This document shows, piece after piece, positions 7,754 to 16,204 of a stretch of 39,729 nucleotides of DNA. The notes beneath the pieces are model-generated. The model saw only the letters and a list, made by a program, of their open reading frames with translations, had not been told where the DNA came from and made no database searches. Made by a program: the position numbers and the translations under genes. Within the stretch, counting starts at the first letter, position 1. Each line of letters begins with the position of its first letter. This DNA comes from a virus, in IMG/VR virus record IMGVR_UViG_3300042269_000088. One strand, written 5' to 3'.

Positions 7754-8302
7754 TTACATTTTAACACGAGGTACTAAGTTGTACCATTCCTTGTGATAAT
7801 AAATTCCACCTTGATCCGAGTAGTACCAAATGGCATCCTCGTGACCTTTGATAAACTGACCAGGCCCGAATCTACCAGCTTTCGTTGGCCATTCTTTGAG
7901 TTCATCCCTAAGAAAGGAAAGGATTTTGTCGTTAGGAATCACTAACCAGGATCTTAACAAAATAGGATCTATTGATTTCCCCTGAACAAACAGAGGGTTG
8001 TCTATTGTGTTAGTGTCAAAGTGGTCTTTTGATCTAACTAACCAGGTTTTATCATCATCACCAACCAAGACATAACACGGTATCCCAGCATCTTCCTTTT
8101 GTTTTGCCCATCTACGCTGATTTGGCCTCCAGTCCTTCAAGTCAGAACCAAACTTTAATTCGATAAAACCAATATTCCCCAGCACATACATAACATCCGG
8201 GAAACCCACCTCCGATGTTTTCAGTTCAATTCGGTGGTGTTGGGCATCGGTCTTATCCAGCGCCCTTTTCAGCCTATGCCAAATACGCTGTTCCGGTTTC
8301 AC
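7754..8302 (-). CDS. VRR-NUC-like (PD-(D/E)xK) nuclease with C-terminal extension
   Basis: GFPDV...GFIELK motif. GTG start overlaps the upstream stop (GTGA) with GGAGGAG SD. Confidence 0.55.
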   Translation of the reverse strand: MKPEQRIWHRLKRALDKTDAQHHRIELKTSEVGFPDVMYVLGNIGFIELKFGSDLKDWRPNQRRWAKQKEDAGIPCYVLVGDDDKTWLVRSKDHFDTNTIDNPLFVQGKSIDPILLRSWLVIPNDKILSFLRDELKEWPTKAGRFGPGQFIKGHEDAIWYYSDQGGIYYHKEWYNLVPRVKM

Positions 8303-9084
8303 AACTGCTCCTCCTTGGCTCGCTGGCGGAGTTGGTTGGCCGCAGCATGTAATCGCTCGCGCTCTTGATGTAGCATCCATTCGCAATGATGCAGATCAGG
8401 ATCGATTGGGTTTGGTCCACCCGCATCAATGTGCGGTGCCTCTGTAGCTAAGAATCGCTCAATCACTTCGGCATCGTGGGCAGCCATATGCCGTATCAGG
8501 TCGTGGTGATTATCGCGGTACGGTTTCAGTGCCGCGACCTCCACTGCCAGTTGATCGCGCTCTTGCTTCATCTCTCCCCAGTTGGCACAAGCCGTCTTTG
8601 CTGCTTTCCGCTCGCGCTCCAGTTCCTCGTGTAGCCTGTTTGCCAAATACCACGGCGTCCAGTAACCGTCTTTGTGCGGTACCGAACGTGGCCTGTGCGA
8701 GCCGTTTTCGCGCAGGATGTAGCGAGGCAGCTCTTTCGGCCAGTCTTCTCCTGGAAGCGGTGGAATTTCGGGTTTCAGGCCGCGCAGATTAGTGACTTCA
8801 ATCTGTAAGTGTGTTAGCTCGCGTTGCAACCGCTCCACCTCGGCTTGTAGCTGCTCGATTTGAATTTTCTTCTCAATGAGCAGGTTCATGCGCGTGAAGT
8901 CGGCTTGCTTATCACCTTCCCGCAACCGCTCCACCTCGTCACATAGCGCCGTGATCGTTTTCATCTGCACCGCAGGCCAGCCGTCAGGCTGATGGTCTTC
9001 AGCCATCACGCGGCACGTCGCGATTACGTGATCCATCTCGTCATCCGTCATGTCCGTCATGTCCGTCATTTCATCTTTTTTCAT
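8299..9084 (-). CDS. Hypothetical coiled-coil protein (261 aa)
   Basis: Long ORF with GGAAGGA SD. N-terminus MTDMTDMTD is encoded by a 9-bp tandem repeat. Confidence 0.7.
   Translation of the reverse strand: MKKDEMTDMTDMTDDEMDHVIATCRVMAEDHQPDGWPAVQMKTITALCDEVERLREGDKQADFTRMNLLIEKKIQIEQLQAEVERLQRELTHLQIEVTNLRGLKPEIPPLPGEDWPKELPRYILRENGSHRPRSVPHKDGYWTPWYLANRLHEELERERKAAKTACANWGEMKQERDQLAVEVAALKPYRDNHHDLIRHMAAHDAEVIERFLATEAPHIDAGGPNPIDPDLHHCEWMLHQERERLHAAANQLRQRAKEEQL
9045..9069. repeat. 9-bp tandem repeat (ccgtcatgt x 2.8) encoding MTDMTDMTD
   Basis: Read directly from the sequence. Confidence 0.85.
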
Positions 9085-9133
9085 GGTCTCTAATCCTTCC
9101 TATTTCGCACCCTAAGCGCGTTTTAGTCTAACC

Positions 9134-9376
9134 CTAGCAAACACACCTGTTAGCCTCAAACGCCTTAATAACCGCCTCTGTGACAGCTTCAGAGTACAAC
9201 TCCTCCTCCGGTATGCCGTCCACAGGGGCAACGGTGTATTCGATCTCGGTAAAGCCGTAGAAGTTGATGTCGCTGGCCCAGCTTGTCGGATCTGGATCCT
9301 GGTGAACGTAGTGTGTAACCGTCACTGTTATGGGCACTTCGTGTTGCGGGTGTTGGATGGTGAGAGTGTGGTTCAT
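9134..9376 (-). CDS. Hypothetical protein (80 aa)
   Basis: ATGA overlap with the upstream gene. Confidence 0.6.
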   Translation of the reverse strand: MNHTLTIQHPQHEVPITVTVTHYVHQDPDPTSWASDINFYGFTEIEYTVAPVDGIPEEELYSEAVTEAVIKAFEANRCVC

Positions 9377-9561
9377 CGTCCCGCCTCCAGTTTGTCCCGC
9401 AACTCAACCAGCAGCCTGACCGCATAATCAATATCCAGCCCGAGCTGTTTCGGGTCTGGCTGATCACCACCGCCGTGACGCCGCCAGTAGTTAGCCGACT
9501 TGAGCCGTGCAACGACATCATCCAGCTCGTTGCGGTTGTTCAATTCGTCTGACAAGTTCAT
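9373..9561 (-). CDS. Hypothetical protein (62 aa)
   Basis: ATG at 9561 overlaps the stop of the upstream gene (ATGA). Confidence 0.55.
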   Translation of the reverse strand: MNLSDELNNRNELDDVVARLKSANYWRRHGGGDQPDPKQLGLDIDYAVRLLVELRDKLEAGR

Positions 9562-9779
9562 TGTTCGCACTCCCGTTCGGCTAGCATGGCGTCGGCCATT
9601 GAGTATGACCACTTAGCCATATCACAGAACGCCATATCAACCTGAGAATCAGATACTAATCCCTGCATAGCCTTAGCCGCAAAATAATCCCGCAGAGTCA
9701 TGCCGCCATCAGTGATAGACACATTGCCCGCCGTTTTGGTTTTTGGAAATGCACTCGGGTTTCTTGGTTTGCTGTTCAT
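9558..9779 (-). CDS. Hypothetical protein (73 aa; GMTLRDYFAAKAMQG motif)
   Basis: GGAG SD 10 nt after the datZ stop. Confidence 0.6.
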   Translation of the reverse strand: MNSKPRNPSAFPKTKTAGNVSITDGGMTLRDYFAAKAMQGLVSDSQVDMAFCDMAKWSYSMADAMLAERECEQ

Positions 9780-9789
9780 CTCAATTCTC

Positions 9790-10302
9790 CTATTTCAGCA
9801 CTTTATCCAATGTAGTCGGGTCATCAGACAAGAGACTGTCTAAAAGAGCCAGGGCATCTTCGTCTTTTATCTTCACTGCTATACTGGCCATCACTTGCTC
9901 TGCATGAATACCGATACCGTATTTCTTCAGGAAGTACACAGCATCAACCAAATCAGCCAACTTGATTACTTCCTTATATTCTGGGTTGCTTTCCTTTATC
10001 GGTGCACCAAGATACTTCATCCGATGTTCTACGGGGTCACTGTAATTGATAGCCTCTTTGAGGACTGTAGGCATATCTCCCGTGAGTGCTTCCCCAAGAT
10101 CATGGTATAGTGCCGATATCATTACTTCCTGCCAAGGAAGACCCTTTTTCTGCGCCAGAAACCCCGCCAGAAGGGCCACGTTAAAGGAATGTTCAGCTAC
10201 GGATTGGTTCTTAACGAAATCTACGATATGCCACCGGGTGACATGGGTGTTACGCAGCACATCCTGCGGTGTCAGGTTTATTGGGAGGTGTAAGTAAGCC
10301 AT
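9790..10302 (-). CDS. datZ: HD-domain phosphohydrolase, DatZ-like (predicted dATP triphosphohydrolase)
   Basis: AEHS...YHDLGEALTGDMP (H..HD..E..TGD, YfbR-like). 170 aa. TAATG coupling to mazZ. Confidence 0.7.
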   Translation of the reverse strand: MAYLHLPINLTPQDVLRNTHVTRWHIVDFVKNQSVAEHSFNVALLAGFLAQKKGLPWQEVMISALYHDLGEALTGDMPTVLKEAINYSDPVEHRMKYLGAPIKESNPEYKEVIKLADLVDAVYFLKKYGIGIHAEQVMASIAVKIKDEDALALLDSLLSDDPTTLDKVLK

Positions 10303-11003
10303 TATTTATGCCTCATGATGCCAGTCTGTGGGTCAACAGCCCATGTCCGGTTTTCATTGATTTCCATTTTGTCGTGCACGGCTTGGAGTGCATCAATGCC
10401 GCGCATTTGGGCAATATCAAACAACAATATCAAGGTGTCGGCGTATTCGCCGGGGTCATCCAAGCCACCATTCAGGAGTTCTGGAATTTCCTCCAGCATC
10501 AATTTTGCTAGTGCCCCGTGGGGTGTTCTGCCGGGGTACACTCGGTCTGCCCATGACTTGATTCTTTCTTGCGCCGCCGCAATTGGGTCCGAACCACATT
10601 TGCGCATTTCTTGCAGATCCAGTATCTCTTCTTCACCCGACTCGGTGAAAATGCTTCCAATTCCTTTTCTTCCTTGCACTTCAAGCAAGTCTTTTTTATA
10701 ACGTCGGTCATCAAAACCCCCAAAATTATTGTGTGTGTAGTGATGAAGAAACATCATACAGCAGGTGGCATGTGCCAGGTGGCTGCGATTAGTCTCGGCA
10801 TCGATCTCTTCACCACATTCAAAAGCCGAGATGTGTCGCTTGGCAGCGTCGATTACGCGTGAATATTCAATACCATTCATCCAGTTGGGACCGCCGTATT
10901 TATCTTCACCGTACCCCAGCACATGCGCCACGTCCTCTAGGAAGGAAGGGTCAATAAGACCCAACCTCGGTTTCCCAGAGTCAAATTTGACTCCCTTGCT
11001 CAT
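10302..11003 (-). CDS. mazZ: Two-domain (d)NTP pyrophosphohydrolase, MazZ / DUF550-like
   Basis: N-terminal FDSGKPRL...DKYGGPNW domain plus a C-terminal MazG-like EEIPELL...EYADTLILLFDIA...NENRTW. ATGA coupling to purZ. Confidence 0.65.
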   Translation of the reverse strand: MSKGVKFDSGKPRLGLIDPSFLEDVAHVLGYGEDKYGGPNWMNGIEYSRVIDAAKRHISAFECGEEIDAETNRSHLAHATCCMMFLHHYTHNNFGGFDDRRYKKDLLEVQGRKGIGSIFTESGEEEILDLQEMRKCGSDPIAAAQERIKSWADRVYPGRTPHGALAKLMLEEIPELLNGGLDDPGEYADTLILLFDIAQMRGIDALQAVHDKMEINENRTWAVDPQTGIMRHK

Positions 11004-12058
11004 AGTTCCCTCACGTTATCAGAGGTGGGGCCAAAACCTAAGTATTTAACACCACCACAGCCCACATTGTTTGCCACATTGTTGATCACGGAAACGATAA
11101 AAGCCGAATGTTGCTCATCACGGCAGTAATTTACGAAGTTCAGGAATACCTCGTCTGGCTGCACGGCACGTAGGGCATCCTCGGTCTGTTTCCGTGAGAA
11201 TGTGAAAATGCGTCGCGGCAATTGCGTCACTGTGGTCAATTCCACCGGCTGGCCCAAGTCGTTGAAGGTGATTTCCTTCTGGTCACTGTAGCACGGCCCC
11301 GACCAGCCGATCATCTCACCATCTTTATTGAACCGGTTTGCAACACGAATTGGGTAGGTACGCATTGTGCCAACGATCTTAGTTAGCCAGCGCATCGGAA
11401 CGCCCGCATCCACCATTATTTGTGCCGGTGTGCACTCACGCGACGTGGTATACGGGTAGAAACCAGAATTTATGCCGAGAGAATAGCCTTGTGCTCCCTC
11501 GACCAAAACGTTCTCTGACCGGTCCAGCGCCTTGTTGTAATTCTCGGATGTGGCCGTGCTGATATCAATATTCAGACGGTCGGAAAATGCCAACACTTCG
11601 TTGGTGAAGTCACGGGCCGTAATCACAGACTCCGGGTTTCGACGGATTTTCTCGATCATAGCGGCACCACAGCCTTTTTTGGTGGAACCGATGGCCGTCA
11701 TCGAGCCTCCTTCCTCCAGAATGTGGCGCTCCTGAATCACACACGCATTTTCATGGATGATGATCTGAACACCCTGCAGCAGGTCTTGGCATTCCTCAAT
11801 TTCAGCAAAAAGGCGATCAAGACCGATCTGTGAGCCAGGGCCAATCAACACCTGCCGAAGATTTGGTGACACAATGCCATTGGCCAACATACAGTGAACG
11901 AATTTGCGGCCATCGCGGTTAATGTAGGTGTGTCCGGCATTCATACTCCAAGCCGTAACCACCGTGTCCGGCTTGTCACGCTCTGCCAGATACCCCGCAA
12001 TCAAACCCTTGCCGGTTGATCCAAACTGGAGATCACAAACAACCGTTACCTGTCTCAT
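11000..12058 (-). CDS. purZ: PurZ-like N6-succino-2-amino-2'-deoxyadenylate synthase (truncated PurA homologue)
   Basis: 352 aa. P-loop FGSTGKGL (PurA has GDEGKGK). IGSTKKGCGAA, VEGAQGYSL..YPYTTS, MRTYPIRV and TTVTQLPRR align with PurA landmarks. Confidence 0.85.
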   Translation of the reverse strand: MRQVTVVCDLQFGSTGKGLIAGYLAERDKPDTVVTAWSMNAGHTYINRDGRKFVHCMLANGIVSPNLRQVLIGPGSQIGLDRLFAEIEECQDLLQGVQIIIHENACVIQERHILEEGGSMTAIGSTKKGCGAAMIEKIRRNPESVITARDFTNEVLAFSDRLNIDISTATSENYNKALDRSENVLVEGAQGYSLGINSGFYPYTTSRECTPAQIMVDAGVPMRWLTKIVGTMRTYPIRVANRFNKDGEMIGWSGPCYSDQKEITFNDLGQPVELTTVTQLPRRIFTFSRKQTEDALRAVQPDEVFLNFVNYCRDEQHSAFIVSVINNVANNVGCGGVKYLGFGPTSDNVREL

Positions 12059-12288
12059 ACGTAATCCACTCCATCATCAGCATCTTGCTGCAGTTGCTCA
12101 ATAAGGTGTTGCATCTCAGAAATTTGATCCTCAAGGTGTACCACATGTTCCTTAAGTGACTCAATTTCGGATTCGCGCTCTTCGATAGCGGTGTCAATTT
12201 CCGATACCGCCTTATCAATGAATTTTTGTACCACACCCCCGATTGAGGATGGGTCGTCAACATCAATATAGAAAACTTCAGTCGCCAT
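12055..12288 (-). CDS. Hypothetical acidic coiled-coil protein (77 aa)
   Basis: ATG at 12288 with GAGGA SD. Stop overlaps the purZ start (ATGA). Confidence 0.6.
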   Translation of the reverse strand: MATEVFYIDVDDPSSIGGVVQKFIDKAVSEIDTAIEERESEIESLKEHVVHLEDQISEMQHLIEQLQQDADDGVDYV

Positions 12289-12299
12289 GTCTGGTGTCC

Positions 12300-12539
12300 T
12301 CAAAAAGGAATATCATCATCAAAATCAACATCTGATGCGCCGGATTCCACCTGTTCCTCAACGGGGGTCAAAGCCAGGGACATGAAATTTGCACCATTGC
12401 GGGATTTTTTCACCCAAGCGGAAACCCAAAACTCAACACCATTGGCATTGATGCGGCCACGGTACTGCGGCTGGCGGTCGTTGGTGCGCTTGTCGTTCTT
12501 GAACAGGGCACCGGAATTTGTGTTATCAAAGTCTGACAT
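12300..12539 (-). CDS. Small single-stranded-DNA-binding protein with bacterial SSB-type acidic tip
   Basis: Ends in DVDFDDDIPF (E. coli SSB ends in DFDDDIPF). ATG at 12539 with the conserved TAATAGAGGATAAGACA leader. Confidence 0.6.
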   Translation of the reverse strand: MSDFDNTNSGALFKNDKRTNDRQPQYRGRINANGVEFWVSAWVKKSRNGANFMSLALTPVEEQVESGASDVDFDDDIPF

Positions 12540-12553
12540 TGTCTTATCCTCTA

Positions 12554-12847
12554 TTAGATTTGGAGCAGGTATGGTGCATTCAGGTCGGCCCAAATGCAGA
12601 ATTCGTCGGAAATAATGTGCTTGTCATCCTCATTGAGGACCACAATACCCTTGGCCATCAAACCAACCATAAAATCGTGGTCATCCGGGTCGAGTGGGTC
12701 CAAGGCATCAATAACGGAATCCGCCGTCAGGATGTACTCGGGGTCCAACTCTTCAACGTGATCAGCACCGGAAAGGCGCAAATGTTCACGGATGACAAAC
12801 CCCACAAATTCGGATTCTTCAACGGAGATATCATTAAAATGTGCCAT
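12554..12847 (-). CDS. Hypothetical acidic protein (97 aa)
   Basis: First gene after the consensus promoter 12878..12906. GAGGA SD. Confidence 0.65.
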   Translation of the reverse strand: MAHFNDISVEESEFVGFVIREHLRLSGADHVEELDPEYILTADSVIDALDPLDPDDHDFMVGLMAKGIVVLNEDDKHIISDEFCIWADLNAPYLLQI

Positions 12848-12877
12848 TAGTCTATCCTCTATCAGTTTTGAAATTTA

Positions 12878-12906
12878 ATTATACCATGGGAACGAACCCA
12901 TGTCAA
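12878..12906 (-). promoter_or_regulatory. Sigma70 consensus promoter P5 (TTGACA-17-TATAAT)
   Basis: Reverse complement: ttgacatgggttcgttcccatggtataat. Confidence 0.8.
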
Positions 12907-12910
12907 TACC

Positions 12911-14749
12911 TCATGTGATTGTCGGTGCCAAGGTTGCATCCCACCAGTTGGACGAAGGTTCTGAAAAATCTATCCGCAGTGGCACCCTGATTTCGGGTCT
13001 GTTCTGAACCAAAGCCTTAATTTCCTTCATGTGCTTTTCAGCACCACCAAATGGTATGGAAATCGAATACTCGTCATGAATATTCAACAACAACTTGGCG
13101 TCTGGACATTCGGACGCCAAATACTTTGATATGCGAATAATATTGCTTTTGTTCAAATCCCCCGCAGTACCCTGATATACCAGCCCAGACGCTTTGTGCG
13201 TGAATTGTCCACCCGGAAACCGTATGTGCCTGCCCATCAGGGTTTTAACATAACCCCTGGACTTGGCGATTGCCCTTGCCTTTTGTGCAATCTCCTTAAC
13301 ACCCGGAACCATAGAGTAATACTGGTCGATGATAGCTTGGGCTTCCTTCCCGGCTTTTTTGATTTCCCTAAGCTCACCACCAAGCTCAACCTCTTCGACG
13401 GTATATGGCAACCCCATCTGCGCTGCCAGTTCACCGCCGCCCATATTAAACACCATGCCCAAGTTCATCTGTTTTGCATTAGCGCCTCCCGATTGGGGTG
13501 CGTTTCGCGGCAGTCCTGTAAGCTCGGCAATAGCTGCATGTCCATCAAGGTCGGGGTTTTTTGCATAGGCCGACACAATGTTGCCGTTGTTCACATAATG
13601 ATGGAAAATCCTCAACTCGTGCTGATCCAAGTCGCCGTATGTCCAACCCATGTCCTCGTCGGGGAGAAATATCGGGCGAACCACAGACGCCACATCTTTG
13701 TCCCGAGACGGTATTTGCTGCAATGCCGGTCTGGTATAGGACAATCGACCAGTGCCTGTTCCTCCCATCCCATCACTTTTGGTCTGGTTGATGTTCGGGT
13801 GCACCCTCCCGTTTTTCTCGTGCCCCAAGATGTGCCCGCCGATGAATGTGTCGCGGGTCTTCATCATTTTCCTTACTTTTAGGATTAGTGCAGCTGCGGG
13901 GTGCTTCATTGAGCGCAGAACATCCGCACCAATGGATGGTTTACCGGCAGGTGTGGTCGGCAAAATGGTCCCATCACATGCTACCCACACACCGGACTTG
14001 TTCTGCTTCGGTTCGAACAACTTCATAATCGAACCGGACGGATTGGGGTTGACCTCAAACCCCGCCACCTCATTTAGCCGTTTTTGATTCAAGTCGATGG
14101 TGGAAGTTAGTGAAGACATCTGGATTTCTGCCTTGTCATGGTCTATCCGGATACCATGCCGTTCCATTCGGAATACATGTGGGAACAGTTCCCTTTCCAA
14201 ATTCCACACGTCGTGCAACTGCTGGCGCTCAATCTCTTTTTCCTGCCACAAATACAATTCCAGGGCTATTTCGGCATCGACCTTGGCATAAGGTTCCACC
14301 AGTGATGGCGGTGCCCTGTGCAGATTTGGCATTTGTGCGTTTCGTGTTACCCTTCCACCAAACAATGCCGCCAACTTCTCGTAAATGTCATCAACTTTGT
14401 TTTTGCCAAGGTATTTCTTAGCCAGGGAATCCAAGCTGTAACTGTGGAGGTGTTCATTTATCAAAGCCGCCCTGATCATGGTATCTTCACACTGTTCAGG
14501 TTCCAATAGCACACCATCGTTCTTCAACATGTGAAGATCAAACTTCATGTTGTGATTCACAACCTTCTTGAACTCGGTGCTCAGAAGCTTTTTGTATTTT
14601 CCGGGTTCCCTGCGGATATCAAAATATTCAGACTTGATTTGACCATTTTCTACCCATGCTATGGCCACACCGAAAATTTTGTCCTCTAACCAGTTAACGC
14701 CTGTGGTTTCAACGTCAATGCACACCAAGTCAGAAAGTTCCCAACTCAT
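12911..14749 (-). CDS. dpoZ: Family-A DNA polymerase with 3'-5' exonuclease, DpoZ-like
   Basis: Exo I CIDVETTG. Pol motif A DLDQHELRI. Motif B NAKQMNLGMVFNMG. Motif C NIHDEY. 612 aa. Same strand as purZ and 850 bp away from it. Confidence 0.8.
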   Translation of the reverse strand: MSWELSDLVCIDVETTGVNWLEDKIFGVAIAWVENGQIKSEYFDIRREPGKYKKLLSTEFKKVVNHNMKFDLHMLKNDGVLLEPEQCEDTMIRAALINEHLHSYSLDSLAKKYLGKNKVDDIYEKLAALFGGRVTRNAQMPNLHRAPPSLVEPYAKVDAEIALELYLWQEKEIERQQLHDVWNLERELFPHVFRMERHGIRIDHDKAEIQMSSLTSTIDLNQKRLNEVAGFEVNPNPSGSIMKLFEPKQNKSGVWVACDGTILPTTPAGKPSIGADVLRSMKHPAAALILKVRKMMKTRDTFIGGHILGHEKNGRVHPNINQTKSDGMGGTGTGRLSYTRPALQQIPSRDKDVASVVRPIFLPDEDMGWTYGDLDQHELRIFHHYVNNGNIVSAYAKNPDLDGHAAIAELTGLPRNAPQSGGANAKQMNLGMVFNMGGGELAAQMGLPYTVEEVELGGELREIKKAGKEAQAIIDQYYSMVPGVKEIAQKARAIAKSRGYVKTLMGRHIRFPGGQFTHKASGLVYQGTAGDLNKSNIIRISKYLASECPDAKLLLNIHDEYSISIPFGGAEKHMKEIKALVQNRPEIRVPLRIDFSEPSSNWWDATLAPTIT

Positions 14750-16164
14750 ATCAGTTCCCTCAAAGGATTTGACCCCATAACAATGTCCAAACGCTCCTTG
14801 GCCCTGGTTACGGCAACGTAAAATGTGCGGATCTCGGAATCGCGTTCTTTCGATTCATATGTTCTTTGTCCCATACCATTAACCAAGATAATTCTGTTTG
14901 CCTCTTTACCCTTGGATGCATGGATGGTACATATTCTAACATCTGTAGATTTCGGTAGGCAACCGTGGGATTCAAAAATCCTCTTCAGGTATGAAATGAG
15001 GTCGGGCTTGAGGTCCAGTACCTGTTCCCAACTCTTCTTGATTTCCACCCTTCTTTTTACCTTGTCCCTATAAACCGGTTTCACAGCCCGTTCCAGGGCA
15101 TTCCACTCCTTGTCGCTGAGCATATCCAGCCCGGTATTGGCCATATTCTGCTGGTATTTACACCAAACGCGAACGGCATTGGCTTGCCTAGATGACAAAG
15201 GTGCTGGCTTTCCGCCGTCAGCCGTATATGCTACACCCCGCGACACCAACCATTCTTCTATGTCCTCCCTTATAGAGTGATTACGCACCAATATCATAGT
15301 TTCACCAGTTGGGGTGTCAACCATCCTGATGTCCCCATATCTGTTAATTACACCCTTGTCAGCTTTCGGGCGGTACTCTTTTTCCACTCGGTCTGACACA
15401 TTTGATATAAGGTCGGTAGCGAGGTCGTGGACCGAGGATGGTATGCGGAAGGACTGGTCGAGGACGACCCTTTTGGCACCATGTCTGATCTCGAAATCGG
15501 GCATACCCGACGGGTCTGCACCATTCCACTTGTATATGGACTGGTCATCATCACCGGCAATAATTATTTCCTTCAGGAATGGAATCCACGATTCCACCAG
15601 ACGCCACTGCTGTGGCGTGAGATCTTGGGCCTCATCTACCACCAAAATGTCTACTTCTGGGTCTTCACCAACGGCCAGATCCAACATGTCCGAGAAGTCC
15701 ACAACGCCATAAGCTTTCTTGAATGACTCATACGACTCAACAAAATAAATGAATTCGTGCAGTGCACCAACCTCTGGACACTCCATGAAAACACCTTTAT
15801 AATTCGTTGTCAGCTTGGCCCTGGCCAATGAATATAATGACATATATGCCTGTCCCTTGGTCATTTCCGTAATTTCATAGGAATTTACAGAACTGAACTG
15901 TATGCCAATAACCTTGGTCAACTCCCGGAGCCATGAATCGTTTATCACCCGCTCCTTCGACAGTCCTGCCAGTCTATAACCATATGAGTGCAGTGTGGAA
16001 ATTTCTCTTCCAGCCGGTATACCACACCGATCAGCAATCTCTTTTGCCGCCGCTTTTGTAAATGACACTACACCGACTCTTTCCTGTTGATAGGACTTGA
16101 CCCTATTAACCAAATAGGTAGTTTTGCCCGTACCCGGAGGACCGTAAATAACTTCTGCTTTCAT
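14746..16164 (-). CDS. SF1 (UvrD/RecD/Dda-like) DNA helicase
   Basis: Walker A GPPGTGKTT, Walker B VVDEAQD, C-terminal TIHASKGKEA. ATGA overlap with dpoZ. Confidence 0.8.
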   Translation of the reverse strand: MKAEVIYGPPGTGKTTYLVNRVKSYQQERVGVVSFTKAAAKEIADRCGIPAGREISTLHSYGYRLAGLSKERVINDSWLRELTKVIGIQFSSVNSYEITEMTKGQAYMSLYSLARAKLTTNYKGVFMECPEVGALHEFIYFVESYESFKKAYGVVDFSDMLDLAVGEDPEVDILVVDEAQDLTPQQWRLVESWIPFLKEIIIAGDDDQSIYKWNGADPSGMPDFEIRHGAKRVVLDQSFRIPSSVHDLATDLISNVSDRVEKEYRPKADKGVINRYGDIRMVDTPTGETMILVRNHSIREDIEEWLVSRGVAYTADGGKPAPLSSRQANAVRVWCKYQQNMANTGLDMLSDKEWNALERAVKPVYRDKVKRRVEIKKSWEQVLDLKPDLISYLKRIFESHGCLPKSTDVRICTIHASKGKEANRIILVNGMGQRTYESKERDSEIRTFYVAVTRAKERLDIVMGSNPLRELI

Positions 16165-16175
16165 TCTATCACCTA

Positions 16176-16199
16176 TAAAAAAGGCGGGTTTCCCCGCCT
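16176..16199 (-). terminator. Rho-independent terminator
   Basis: Reverse complement: AGGCGGG-gaaa-CCCGCCT-tttttt. Confidence 0.8.
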
Positions 16200-16204
16200 C
16201 AATT

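Noticed and set aside
9189-9521. A 110-aa minus-strand ORF overlapping genes 9134..9376 and 9373..9561
   Set aside because: It lies in an alternative frame across two tightly coupled genes. It is Arg/Gly/Ser-rich and has no SD.
13196-13882. A 228-aa plus-strand ORF, and similar long ORFs at 585..1043, 3319..3774, 33516..34025 and 35501..36013
   Set aside because: All lie antisense to, and entirely inside, well-supported minus-strand genes (polymerase, scaffold, portal, tail, tape measure). Their composition is low-complexity and Arg/Ser/Cys/Pro-rich, and they have no SD. They are typical shadow ORFs.
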